Source: Calditrichota bacterium (GTDB lineage: Bacteria; Electryoneota; B3-LCP). From it: a DNA stretch of 64,000 nucleotides. The notes under the pieces are model-generated. The model did no database searches. It saw only the letters and a list, made by a program, of their open reading frames with translations, and was not told the origin of the DNA. Every line of letters starts with the position of its first letter. The stretch's first letter is position 1. The position numbers were made by a program, and so were the translations under genes. Where the stretch lies: positions 4,115-68,114 of the forward strand of contig JAGVQJ010000153.1 in assembly GCA_020051775.1 (NCBI GenBank). The letters run 5' to 3'. Positions 35,825 through 45,467 of this stretch are shown here, piece after piece.

Positions 35825-37543
35825 ATGAAAACCTTAAAGCTAATGCTGCTGCTGGCCACTATGTGGCTGGCCGCGCTAAACCCTGCCGCCGCCCAGTGGA
35901 CCAGCGACCCCTACCACGGTATGGCGAACGTGTGCGATGCGCCGGGAGAACAATTTGCCCCGAGAACTCACCCCCTGGCCGGAGGCAGAACCTTAATTAT
36001 CTGGAAAGATGATAGAAGACCCCCGTCGGGGATTTACAATATTTTTTACCAGGTTCTCGATTCCTGCGGCAACACCCTCCTGCAGGATAATGGTTCACCC
36101 ATTGTCGAAGGAAACTGGGCTACGGGATGGAGCGATGGGGGGACATTTAGAAACTTAGCGGATGACGGTGCTGGGGGCTGCATCGTTGTTTTTAGTGATC
36201 AGCGGGACGAAACCTGGGACATCTGGGGTCAACGGATAGACAGCTTGGGCAATCGCTTATGGGGACCGTTGGGCCTGCATCTAGTTACCTGGCCCGGACC
36301 CAGCAGCACTACTACATTTGTGGAAGATTTAGTGGTAGATTCTTTAGGAAACTATTTCCTATCATTTGGCAATTATCAATATACCGTACAAGACTATGAT
36401 ATTTACACTCAGAAGTTTACGGTGGAAGGTGACCTTCTATGGGGACCCAGCGGCGTACCGACTTGCGCCAGTGCGGAGGTCTTACAAGAAAACCAGAGAT
36501 CCCTCCCCGACCAGCGGGGCGGAGCCATGATTGTTTTTGGCCGAGAAGAGGTGCTCCCCAATGTATTTTATGCCTATGCCCAACACCTGGACGAACAAGG
36601 AAACCAACTGTTTGGCCCCGGAGGCAGAAAACTACACCACCATAACGGCTATGGGATCGGCATAACAGGTGGATTTATAGATGAATGCGTGCCCGATGAT
36701 GAAGGGGGAGGTGTGTGGTCGTATAATGACAACTACTATTGTTATTTGATCCATTTGGATTCGCTGGCTCAGGAGTCATGGATCATGTTCAGACAGGATA
36801 TGCCCTTTAATGCAACCGTTAACCTGCTGCGGCATCCGCTGGATGGGAGCATCTGGTGGCTGACCAGCGGGCATGGGTATGGGACTGAGCCGCCCGTATT
36901 CTATTCGCTGCAACGCCTTAATCTGAACGGTACTCAATTATTCGGTCCGCAGGGCATCCACCTGCGGCAAGGTGAACAGCTTGTGCCCACCGCCAGTGGA
37001 AATGTCATCAATGTCGGTTATGTGGGCACGCCCCACAAAACCAGGCTGTTTGCCCAGCGCATTGACTCCATTGGGCAAACAGTTTGGGAAACCTCGGTGG
37101 CATTAGGTGTAGCTGCTTTTTATGGCGGATCAGCATTTTTTAATCCCAACGCCTGTACGGATGGAAGTGATGGAGCGGTTATTTCTTTCATTCGAAACTA
37201 CGGCCAATATCCCGGCAATTCCGATGGTGTTTCTGCTCAGCGAGTACATAATGATGGCCAACTGGGTTGTGCCTTAGAAGAACGAATAATTCCTTCTAAA
37301 ACCCGTCTGATCAGATCCCTGAGTGATGATCTCATGGAATACATGATACCTCAGGCAAGTAAAATAAAACTTGAACTGTATGACCTGCTGGGCCGTAGAG
37401 TCGCTCTGATCGAAGAGGGGGTTCAACTCGAGGGAATTCACACCGTCCGATGGACGACCGAAGGACTGGCCGCCGGAGTTTATTTCGTCCGCCTGGAAGC
37501 GGCCGGGATAGTGGATACCGGAAAGATCGTGGTGCTCAAATAA
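35825..37543 (+). CDS. Secreted repeat protein (LWGP/LFGP-containing repeats) with T9SS CTD
   Basis: Signal peptide MKTLKLMLLLATMWLAALNPAAA. Repeats contain N.LWGP.G and LFGP.G. The CTD reads IKLELYDLLGRRV...AGVYFVRLEAAG...KIVVLK. Confidence 0.7.
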   Translation: MKTLKLMLLLATMWLAALNPAAAQWTSDPYHGMANVCDAPGEQFAPRTHPLAGGRTLIIWKDDRRPPSGIYNIFYQVLDSCGNTLLQDNGSPIVEGNWATGWSDGGTFRNLADDGAGGCIVVFSDQRDETWDIWGQRIDSLGNRLWGPLGLHLVTWPGPSSTTTFVEDLVVDSLGNYFLSFGNYQYTVQDYDIYTQKFTVEGDLLWGPSGVPTCASAEVLQENQRSLPDQRGGAMIVFGREEVLPNVFYAYAQHLDEQGNQLFGPGGRKLHHHNGYGIGITGGFIDECVPDDEGGGVWSYNDNYYCYLIHLDSLAQESWIMFRQDMPFNATVNLLRHPLDGSIWWLTSGHGYGTEPPVFYSLQRLNLNGTQLFGPQGIHLRQGEQLVPTASGNVINVGYVGTPHKTRLFAQRIDSIGQTVWETSVALGVAAFYGGSAFFNPNACTDGSDGAVISFIRNYGQYPGNSDGVSAQRVHNDGQLGCALEERIIPSKTRLIRSLSDDLMEYMIPQASKIKLELYDLLGRRVALIEEGVQLEGIHTVRWTTEGLAAGVYFVRLEAAGIVDTGKIVVLK

Positions 37544-37584
37544 CCCACTCACAAATCCCCCCTACCCCCCATGCTAAGGGGGAG

Positions 37585-37669
37585 AAACAACAAGGCGCCT
37601 GGCGGCGCCTTTCATCTCGGTGGTGGCAGACGCCCTCGTCTGCCACTGACATTTCTGCCAGACGAGGAC
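37585..37669 (+). terminator. Three consecutive GC-rich hairpins downstream of the cargo gene
   Basis: ggcgcc-tggc-ggcgcc, then tggcagacg-ccct-cgtctgcca, then tgccagacg-agg-acg-tctggca. No clean T-run follows. Confidence 0.35.
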
Positions 37670-37791
37670 GTCTGGCAGCACAGGAATCGGGGCCGAGGAC
37701 GACGCCGACTACGGATTGGATTCCGGGCGCGGGATGAATCCCTTGCCGGAATGACACCAGCCACCAATAACCAACTACCACACTCTAATTA

Positions 37792-37849
37792 CCAGCCACC
37801 AGCCACCAGCCACCAGCCACCAGCCACCAGCCACCAGCCACCAGTCACT
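37792..37849. repeat. Heptanucleotide microsatellite (CCAGCCA), six perfect and two imperfect units
   Basis: Read directly from the sequence. It lies between convergent genes, 10 nt beyond the stop of the 621-aa gene. The ORFs crossing it on both strands are artefacts. Confidence 0.85.
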
Positions 37850-37858
37850 AGCCACCGA

Positions 37859-39724
37859 CTACTTCTTCCCCGCGCTTTTCTCCATGATTTCCACACACCG
37901 GCGTTGACCATCGGGGGATTCCAAGGCAAGGGCCGCTTCCTGAAGGTGCTGCGAGGTCCAGGACATCTGGCGACCGGCATAAAATAATCTCACCTTTCCG
38001 AGTTTGACCGGAGTGCGTTTCATCTCGTCTGCTACTGAAGCTGCTATGGCGGCAAACAGCGCCGACGTCTCAGGTTTCAGGGCGTGAATGTTGACGTCAA
38101 ACACGTCGTCATCCGATCTTAATACTTCCACCTGCACTTTGGCAAAGCCATGCGAGGCCATCTCGCGATGCAGCGCCGTTTCCAGGTAGAGCGGATTGCT
38201 GCGGGATTTGAAATCATCATGCCAACTCTGTAGATCCTGCCGAACGGTAATGGCAGCGCCGTAAACATCCTCGCGCAACATGACGCCTCGGTTGCGAGCC
38301 CCATCCGTCACCAACAATTGGATCATGTGGTCAATTTGCGCTTCGAGCGATAAGAGCCGTTGGTAGAGGGCTTCCAGAAAATTCACCTGCCCGGTCTGGA
38401 TAAAGCCCTCCGCCTCTTTGACGTCTGACGACCACTGTTCCAGCGACTTGTTTAAGGCAGCAAGAATTCCGGCATCCGCCAGAGAGTCTTTGCTAAGAGT
38501 TACCGATACCAATGGGGTTGGCGGAATCGCTGTGCGAGAGTTGGCGGGAGGCGTCAGGTTCGTTTTTTGGGTTAAAACCGGCGGTTCGGTTTTTTGCGAA
38601 AGTCGAGCGTTGTCGGCAGTCGGCGTCTGCTGAAGGACTTTATCGCTAACGACTTCGGGGATGGTATCGGCTGGGATATGTTGCGGGTACAGGATAGGCG
38701 GAGTCTGGGTCAGCAGTGATTGTTCCGGGCCTTTCATATACTTCGTCTGTACCCACTGCTGAATGGACGCCGGTTGCTGCGAAAATGGGGCCACTGTAGC
38801 TCGAGCATCGTAGATAGTCCGCTCCTGGTCGGGATCTAAAGCCAGGTGGAAGATCCCCTCATTGATCTGAGTGGTAAAATGGGCCGGATCATTTCCCGAC
38901 ATGGCGAATAGCTGTATGCGCAACTTCGTGCCATCAGGCAGGTCGCTGACACCGCGCACTAAACCCTGGTCAATCAGACAGGTGGGGTGTATGGGATAAC
39001 CCGCATCTTCCAGGCTGCGGCGGAATGCCAGGTCTTTCAGCATATCTTTGCGTTGAGAGCGCGCCTGATTATAACGCTCTTTTAAATCTACGGAAGCTTT
39101 GCGGGATTTCAAAATCGCCAACAAACGGCTGACCTTGCCTTCAATCTCATCCAGTTTTTCCATAATCTGGCGCGAAGACAGTCCCTTGTCAAGCAGTGCT
39201 TCCTGTTGATTCACGGTGTGCGACCATTGATCAATGGATAAGCCCAATTCTGTCTCATCGCGTTTTGTCGCGCTGTAGGAAAACAGGTAGATTACACCCA
39301 ATACCACGACCATCACGACGATCAGAAACAACGCCCCGCTTCGCAAAAACGCGGGGGTTAGAATAAGCTTGCGCCCAACACGCGGTGGAGGCGGTTCGGG
39401 TGCTTGAAAAGGCAACTCCCGAATCTCAGTCTCGGGAATGATAATGATCTCCTCTTCCCGGAGTTTCAGAGCATTTCTTGCCTCTTCATCGAAGGATTCA
39501 ACCATGACGTCAACTTTGCGCACATGGGTGGAGATGCCCATCCGTCGCAGTTGTCTTTCGATGGACACTGCTTCGGAAAGTGGGATGGAATCTCTAATCA
39601 CCAGCGGTAAATTCTTCATCCCTTGACGGATCTCTTCCATGCTCAAACCAGACAGTTCTGAGATGACGTTCAGGGCTTTGGTGTTTCGAGTCGAGGCGGT
39701 GATTTCGATAGAGTATTGTGCCAT
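37859..39724 (-). CDS. Membrane protein with an N-terminal ribosomal L7/L12 C-terminal-domain-like fold and a large domain of unknown function
   Basis: Residues 5-70 align in pattern with the L7/L12 CTD (KALNVISELSGLSMEEIRQGMKNLPLVIRDSIPLSEAVSIERQLRRMGISTHV). A PPPPR linker and a single TM helix (LFLIVVMVVVLGVIYLF) follow. The remaining ~450 aa are mixed charged and helical with a Pro/Gln/Thr-rich stretch. It is co-oriented 88 nt downstream of engB. Confidence 0.55.
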   Translation of the reverse strand: MAQYSIEITASTRNTKALNVISELSGLSMEEIRQGMKNLPLVIRDSIPLSEAVSIERQLRRMGISTHVRKVDVMVESFDEEARNALKLREEEIIIIPETEIRELPFQAPEPPPPRVGRKLILTPAFLRSGALFLIVVMVVVLGVIYLFSYSATKRDETELGLSIDQWSHTVNQQEALLDKGLSSRQIMEKLDEIEGKVSRLLAILKSRKASVDLKERYNQARSQRKDMLKDLAFRRSLEDAGYPIHPTCLIDQGLVRGVSDLPDGTKLRIQLFAMSGNDPAHFTTQINEGIFHLALDPDQERTIYDARATVAPFSQQPASIQQWVQTKYMKGPEQSLLTQTPPILYPQHIPADTIPEVVSDKVLQQTPTADNARLSQKTEPPVLTQKTNLTPPANSRTAIPPTPLVSVTLSKDSLADAGILAALNKSLEQWSSDVKEAEGFIQTGQVNFLEALYQRLLSLEAQIDHMIQLLVTDGARNRGVMLREDVYGAAITVRQDLQSWHDDFKSRSNPLYLETALHREMASHGFAKVQVEVLRSDDDVFDVNIHALKPETSALFAAIAASVADEMKRTPVKLGKVRLFYAGRQMSWTSQHLQEAALALESPDGQRRCVEIMEKSAGKK

Positions 39725-39812
39725 GGCCGGTTAACGGATACCGATGAAATGGAAAAATAATAAAATGGAAAGATGGAAAATAATTCTGTGGTATAATTTA
39801 AGGTGACTGACC

Positions 39813-40424
39813 TTATTTACCGTGTAGGAGTTTCTCCTCGGCGCGCCACTTATCGAGCACTCCCCACAATTCTTTTCGACCGTCTTTGTTCACGGTGGAA
39901 AAAGCGATGGTTTGCCCTGCGCCGGGGAACGACAGTTCACCACCTGCGCGACGCATGGCTTCCGCCAGTTTGGATCGGGTCAATTTATCGGATTTGTTCA
40001 GCGCATAGACCGTGGGAATCTGACTCTCAGCCAGCCAGCGCGCCATGTCCAGGTCAATGGGTGTGGGAGCGTGGCGGGCATCCATCACTTGCACCACTCC
40101 CATCAGCGTGTCGGATTTGCGAAAATAGCGCTCCATCTCCTTCATCCAGCGGGTGCGTACCGTTTCGGCAACTTTGGCGTAGCCGTATCCCGGCGGATCC
40201 ACGAAAAGCAATTTTTCGTCAACTTCGTAGAAAAAAAAGAGCCGGGTTTTCCCCGGCGTGGAGCTGGTTCGAGCTAATCCCTTCTGCCCCAACAAGCAAT
40301 TGATCAGGGAAGATTTGCCAACATTAGACCGTCCCAGGAATATGATTTCTGGCAGCGGATTGCGGCGCAATACCAGGGGGTTCATCGAGGACCCCACATA
40401 GCGAGCTTCTACCCGGGCGTTCAT
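39813..40424 (-). CDS. engB: Ribosome biogenesis GTP-binding protein EngB/YsxC
   Basis: G1 motif GRSNVGKSSLIN is present. The protein is 203 aa. It overlaps the lon start by 4 nt. Confidence 0.85.
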   Translation of the reverse strand: MNARVEARYVGSSMNPLVLRRNPLPEIIFLGRSNVGKSSLINCLLGQKGLARTSSTPGKTRLFFFYEVDEKLLFVDPPGYGYAKVAETVRTRWMKEMERYFRKSDTLMGVVQVMDARHAPTPIDLDMARWLAESQIPTVYALNKSDKLTRSKLAEAMRRAGGELSFPGAGQTIAFSTVNKDGRKELWGVLDKWRAEEKLLHGK

Positions 40425-42778
40425 CCGTTCAGGATATCCAAGACCTGGTCCAAACTATCCACGGGAAGAACTTTCAGGCCCCGCCGAACTTCCCGCGAAA
40501 TCTCTGATAGCTGCGGCAGATTTTCGCGTGGAATCAGGACTTTTTTTACTTTGGCGCGCTTGGCGGCAATGAGTTTTTCCGGCAGGCCGCCGATAGCCAG
40601 CACTTCGCCTCGCAAAGTGATCTCACCGGTCATGGCTATATCCTGTGGCAACGCCTTGCCGGAAACGGCCGAATAGAGCGCCGCGGCGATGGTAATTCCT
40701 GCAGAAGGACCATCTTTGGGAACCGCACCTTCCGGGATGTGCAGGTGGATTTCACGTCCGCGGAAGAAATCGCGATCAAGGCCCAGATGTTCGGCACGCT
40801 CGCGCAGGTAGGTCAAAGCCGCACGTGCGGATTCTTTCATCACGTCGCCAAGCTGGCCGGTCAAGACCAGTTCGCCGTGCCCCCGCATCAGGGTAACGTC
40901 CACGGTCAAAACGTCTCCGCCTGCAGAAGTCCAGGCCAAGCCGGTGGCGCGACCAACCTGCTTGGCCAGTTTCAAGCGGCGATCAGGATAAGGAGCTACG
41001 CCAAGAAGCTCTTTCAAAGCAGAAAGCGACACTGCGACTGGAGTTTTACTGTGTTTTTCCACGATTTTTCGCGCCACCTTGCGGCAAATGCGGGCAATGT
41101 GGCGTTCCAACTCACGAACGCCCGCTTCGCGTGTATATTCGTCAATCATGCGGTAGAGGGCTTCTTTCGAGACCTCAAGTTGACCGGTCTTCAACCCATT
41201 GGCTTTGATTTGCTTGGGTATTAGGAATTTCTGAGCGATATGCAATTTCTCGTTGCGAAGGTAGCCGGGAAGGCGGATGATTTCCATGCGATCCAGCAAC
41301 GGAGCAGGAATGTCTTCTTCGTAATTGGCCGTCGTCAAAAACATCACTTCTGACAGATCAAATTCCACATCCATATAATGATCGAGGAAGGTGGCGTTCT
41401 GTTCCGGATCCAGAGCTTCAAGTAGCGCGGCAGCGGGGTCGCCTCGGAAGTCGGAGTTCATCTTATCCACCTCATCCAACAGGAAGACCGGATTCCGAGT
41501 CCCGGCTTTTTTCATACATTGAATGATGCGACCCGGCAAAGCGCCGATATACGTCCGGCGATGGCCTCGAATTTCGGCTTCGTCCCGCACGCCACCGAGC
41601 GATACCCGCACGAATTTGCGCCCCATAGCCCGAGCGATAGAATGTCCCAGGCTGGTCTTCCCCACCCCGGGCGGGCCGACGAAGCACAATATGGGTCCGC
41701 GCATGCGCTCCACCAGTTTCAGAACCGAGAGATGCTCCAAAATGCGTTCTTTAGGTTTTTCCAAGCCGTAATGATCCTCATCCAGAATATGACGTCCCCG
41801 TTCGATATCCAGAGCGTCTTTGGTGCGTTTGGTCCAGGGCAGGCTGGTTAACCAATCGAGGTAGGTGCGCACGACAGTCGCCTCGGGCGACAATTCCGCC
41901 ATACCTCCTAGGCGATCCAGCTCCTCATAGGCTTTTTCCCGCACCTCCTTGGGCATTCTGGCCTTGCGTATCTTCTCGCGATATTCGACGAATACTTCGT
42001 CCTCGTCTTCCTCCTCTTCGCCCAACTCGCGACGAATCACTTTTATCTGTTCCTGCAGGTAATAGTTTCGCTGCGACCGGATCATCTTATCACGGGTCAT
42101 GTGATCTATTGACTTTTCCAACTTCAGGATTTCTATCTCTTCCTTCAGCAAATGAGTGACCGCGAGCAATTGCTGGTACAGATCCGGGATTTCCAGTATC
42201 TCCTGCTTTTTAGCCGGGTTGCTTTCCGTGTAGGCGCAGATATAATCGGCCACCTGTTGAGGTTGCTGCAAGCGTTCCAACGACAGCAGCAACTCATCTG
42301 GGATGTTTTGGTTCAAAGTCACATATTCTTTAAAAACCGCAAGAGCACGGCGCAAACCTGCCTGAGTTTTCTGGCTATCATCAACACCGGGTACAAACGG
42401 AACGAGAGTGGCGGACAATATCCCTTTCTTGCGCGAAATACGAGTAACCTCCACGCGAACTTGACCTTCCACCAAGACTTTGGTCATCCCGCTGGGTAGG
42501 TGCAGTAATTGATTGATCCGTCCCACGACGCCCACCCTGTACAAATGTTCTGGGTTGACATCATCTATAGTGGGGTCTTTTTGGGTTAGGAGCAGGATCT
42601 GGCGAGCGTTTTCAAGCACTTCTTCGACCACTTTCAAACTCCCGGGACGACCAATTAGCAGCGGGTATACCGTGCCAGGGTATATGACTACATCCCGTAA
42701 GGGAACTACCGGAAGTTCGGACGGGATTTCCAAATCAGGGGAGATGTTTTTCGTTGTATTTTTGGGAATTGCTGGCAT
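40421..42778 (-). CDS. lon: ATP-dependent Lon protease
   Basis: It has an N-terminal LON domain and an AAA+ Walker A (GPPGVGKTS). The protease domain carries the catalytic Ser in [13 protein letters not shown]. The protein is 785 aa. Confidence 0.95.
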   Translation of the reverse strand: MPAIPKNTTKNISPDLEIPSELPVVPLRDVVIYPGTVYPLLIGRPGSLKVVEEVLENARQILLLTQKDPTIDDVNPEHLYRVGVVGRINQLLHLPSGMTKVLVEGQVRVEVTRISRKKGILSATLVPFVPGVDDSQKTQAGLRRALAVFKEYVTLNQNIPDELLLSLERLQQPQQVADYICAYTESNPAKKQEILEIPDLYQQLLAVTHLLKEEIEILKLEKSIDHMTRDKMIRSQRNYYLQEQIKVIRRELGEEEEDEDEVFVEYREKIRKARMPKEVREKAYEELDRLGGMAELSPEATVVRTYLDWLTSLPWTKRTKDALDIERGRHILDEDHYGLEKPKERILEHLSVLKLVERMRGPILCFVGPPGVGKTSLGHSIARAMGRKFVRVSLGGVRDEAEIRGHRRTYIGALPGRIIQCMKKAGTRNPVFLLDEVDKMNSDFRGDPAAALLEALDPEQNATFLDHYMDVEFDLSEVMFLTTANYEEDIPAPLLDRMEIIRLPGYLRNEKLHIAQKFLIPKQIKANGLKTGQLEVSKEALYRMIDEYTREAGVRELERHIARICRKVARKIVEKHSKTPVAVSLSALKELLGVAPYPDRRLKLAKQVGRATGLAWTSAGGDVLTVDVTLMRGHGELVLTGQLGDVMKESARAALTYLRERAEHLGLDRDFFRGREIHLHIPEGAVPKDGPSAGITIAAALYSAVSGKALPQDIAMTGEITLRGEVLAIGGLPEKLIAAKRAKVKKVLIPRENLPQLSEISREVRRGLKVLPVDSLDQVLDILNG

Positions 42779-42990
42779 GTTTATCTTCTGTGTGATTGGA
42801 ACTTATTAATCAAATTAGCATATTTTTAGGGTTCCTGCAAGAACTATTTCCAGGAATCCCGTGTCACTGGGGGATTTCAAGGAGAATGTTCTTTAAAAGC
42901 CTTGACATTTCCATGAAAATGTTTAGATTATATAACTCACGGCAGCGCCGACCAGCGGCGAACGCTTCTGTATGGAATTAACGGCGGTAG

Positions 42991-43836
42991 GTGTTTATGA
43001 ATACGCCCCAAAAACAGATGCTGGTATTCACCAGTCTCGATGGGTACATGATTGATCCCAGTGTTGAAGGCATTCAAACGATCTTACCGGCATTGGAACT
43101 ACTGCACGGCCGCGAGGTTCCGCATATAGCCGTCACGGTTCGCTCGGCGGTTGAAATCGCGCCAATCTTGGAAGCCTTGGATCACGATGATCCCTTTATC
43201 GTGGAATCCGGTGCGGCCATCTACCTCCCGGCAGAACGATTCAAGATCAATTTTTCCTATCAGAATTCGGATGACAAATTTAAAATCGTGGAATTCGGTT
43301 TAGCGCGCGCCGCAATACTTGAAAAGCTGCCGATATTAAGAGATCAGTATCATTTGGACGTCTGGAGCCTTTCCGAATTGAACCAGGATCAAGCCGCCCA
43401 GATCATCGGCCTTTCAGCAGAGGAAATTGAGCGCGTAAAAAATCGGAAATATACAGAACCGATCATATTCAACGGATCAGGGGATGAAATTCCCCAGCTT
43501 CAGGCTGCCGTCGAAAGTCTGCGCATGCATCTATCTCGTCATGACCGTTATTTTGTCTTGACCGGCGACCATAACTCCGGCGGCGCGGTAAGTTTCCTGC
43601 TGCAACTCTACCGTGAAGAATTTCCCAACACTACTCTCATCAGCATCGGATTGGGAGACGGTATCTTGAGCGCTCCGATGCTGCATACGGTAGATACTCC
43701 CGTTTTGGTTCGGTTACCGGGAGGCCACTTCGATGATCGCGTGGGACGGCATGGGATGAAATTCACTCGTGAATCCGGCCCCGTAGGGTGGAACCAGGCA
43801 GTAATTGCGCTGGTAACAGAAGATCCGGACGCCTAA
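42991..43836 (+). CDS. HAD-IIB, mannosyl-3-phosphoglycerate-phosphatase (YedP)-like protein with degenerate catalytic motifs
   Basis: It is collinear with YedP/MPGP. Motif I is SLDGY, where DLDGT is expected. Motif IV is GLGDGILS, where GDGxND is expected. Confidence 0.55.
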   Translation: MFMNTPQKQMLVFTSLDGYMIDPSVEGIQTILPALELLHGREVPHIAVTVRSAVEIAPILEALDHDDPFIVESGAAIYLPAERFKINFSYQNSDDKFKIVEFGLARAAILEKLPILRDQYHLDVWSLSELNQDQAAQIIGLSAEEIERVKNRKYTEPIIFNGSGDEIPQLQAAVESLRMHLSRHDRYFVLTGDHNSGGAVSFLLQLYREEFPNTTLISIGLGDGILSAPMLHTVDTPVLVRLPGGHFDDRVGRHGMKFTRESGPVGWNQAVIALVTEDPDA

Positions 43837-43929
43837 GTTGATAGGATATCCTACCCAGCCCAGGGTCGCGACCCTGGGCTATTTCATAATAAACCTTCAG
43901 GACGGCGAAGTTCCTCGTTGAAATCGGTC

Positions 43930-44283
43930 ATGCACGAAGCGACGATTGCAGCAGAATTAATTACTCTGGCCCAAAAAGAAGCTGGTAAGGCAGGTTATCC
44001 CCAGGCGGTCATTACTCAGGTGCGGGTGCGCGTCGGAGCATTACGAGCTGTTGTGGAGGAGAGTCTGATCTTCGCCTTTGACGCCTTAAAGGTCGGAACA
44101 CCCTTAGAACATGCTGACTTGATGGTTGAGAAAGCCCCGGTGCATGGCGAGTGCCGGCGTTGCGGATCACCTTTTCAACCGGAGGAAGCTCTGTTCATCT
44201 GTGCGCATTGCGGCAGCGCCGATTTGGATATTCGGGGGGGGGATGAATTGAATTTATTAGAATTGACGATCGAAGATGGATAG
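43930..44283 (+). CDS. hypA: Hydrogenase / metalloenzyme nickel-insertion zinc-finger protein HypA
   Basis: MHEATIAAEL...SLIFAFDAL...CRRCG...CAHCGS...GGDELNLLELTIE matches the HypA pattern, including the CxxC...CxxC zinc site. Confidence 0.75.
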   Translation: MHEATIAAELITLAQKEAGKAGYPQAVITQVRVRVGALRAVVEESLIFAFDALKVGTPLEHADLMVEKAPVHGECRRCGSPFQPEEALFICAHCGSADLDIRGGDELNLLELTIEDG

Positions 44284-45403
44284 CCGATTGAAATCTTTGA
44301 TTCGTGGATTTCAATCCGAATCTCGTGCCGGTCTTGCGACTTCCGGGCGCAAGGTTGTGGGGACGCTCTGCCTTGCAGCCCCTGCAGAAATAGCCGAAGC
44401 TGTGGGCGCTATACCGGTTAGACTTTTGTACTCAAGCGAAGATGAGGAGCTGCGCGGTGGAAGATTTTTATCTTCGGATTCCTGCTCGTTCTGTAAAGCA
44501 GTATTGGGAGGATTGGATTTAGCCGACCCGAAACCCGATGCCGTTTTAGGCGCCACTACCTGCGACCAAATGCGTCGCAATCTGGAAATCATTGCCCGGG
44601 ATTTGCACATTCCGGTTTTTATGTTCAATGCTCCTCGAACCAGCGCCAACCCCATGGTGGATGATTTTATTTATCACGATCTTCTGCGCCTGTTCGGTGA
44701 AATCTCAGATTGGGCTGGAGTTCCACTGGATGTGGAAAAGCTATCGGTTTTTGTGCAACGACGCCACCTTCTGCGCCGGCGTATTGGGTCGCTCCTGGCA
44801 AAGCGGGAGGCCCTCCATCCCACCTTGAGCGGTAGCGAATTTCAAACGTTGATGGCGTTCTACCAGAATTCAAGATTGGACGACTTCGAGAGAAACCTGC
44901 CGGAAATTGAAGCCTATCTATCCCAACGAGACCCGATATTTCGCCATGAACCCTTGCGGATTGGTCTATTAGGCAGTTGCTTGGGCGTAGATGATGATCA
45001 GGTTATCGAGTTGGTTGAAGAGACGGGCCAGGCAGCTATCGTCTACGACGCGGTATGCACCGGTAGCCGCGTTATTCGTCGAACCAACATTCTCCCCGAA
45101 GACCCCATTGCTGCGCTTGCGCAGCTTTATCATCACCAGGTATTATGCCCTCATAAACGTCCCAACGATAGTCTGCTGGAACAGGTTACTGCGGAATTGA
45201 AACAGTTAGGCGTGCAGGGTGTGATCTTCAAGACACTTAAATTCTGCCATCCCTGGGGCTTTGAGGCGCGCCGTTTCAAAGAAACTCTGGGACTTCCCTT
45301 CCTTCATCTGGATCACGATTACTCCCCATCTGCTTCCGGCCAACTTCGCACCCGTATTCACGCCTTCATGGAGCAATTAAGCCTGTCGCGCCCGCTTCAA
45401 TGA
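44276..45403 (+). CDS. 2-hydroxyacyl-CoA dehydratase D-component family protein (HgdB/BcrC-like)
   Basis: It is collinear with Acidaminococcus HgdB: GRKVVGTLCLAAPAEI, CSFCK, TTCDQMRRNLEIIAR and a C-terminal ...QGVIFKTLKFCHPWGFE. It overlaps the hypA stop by 8 nt. Confidence 0.7.
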   Translation: MDSRLKSLIRGFQSESRAGLATSGRKVVGTLCLAAPAEIAEAVGAIPVRLLYSSEDEELRGGRFLSSDSCSFCKAVLGGLDLADPKPDAVLGATTCDQMRRNLEIIARDLHIPVFMFNAPRTSANPMVDDFIYHDLLRLFGEISDWAGVPLDVEKLSVFVQRRHLLRRRIGSLLAKREALHPTLSGSEFQTLMAFYQNSRLDDFERNLPEIEAYLSQRDPIFRHEPLRIGLLGSCLGVDDDQVIELVEETGQAAIVYDAVCTGSRVIRRTNILPEDPIAALAQLYHHQVLCPHKRPNDSLLEQVTAELKQLGVQGVIFKTLKFCHPWGFEARRFKETLGLPFLHLDHDYSPSASGQLRTRIHAFMEQLSLSRPLQ

Positions 45404-45467
45404 TGAAGAGCCTCCCCTCTTTTCTATTGATTTCCCAGGAATAAATTCCTATATTATATGATTCTCT

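Noticed and set aside
37571-37987. ORFs on both strands spanning the heptamer repeat (PPATSHQ repeats on the plus strand, WLVAGG repeats on the minus strand)
   Set aside because: These are translation artefacts of the (CCAGCCA)n microsatellite in an intergenic region between convergent genes. A 7-nt period cannot maintain a reading frame.
42903-42934. TTGACA-containing promoter-like site upstream of the HAD gene at 42991
   Set aside because: No acceptable -10 hexamer lies at a 16-18-nt spacing. The best TATATA is 20 nt away.
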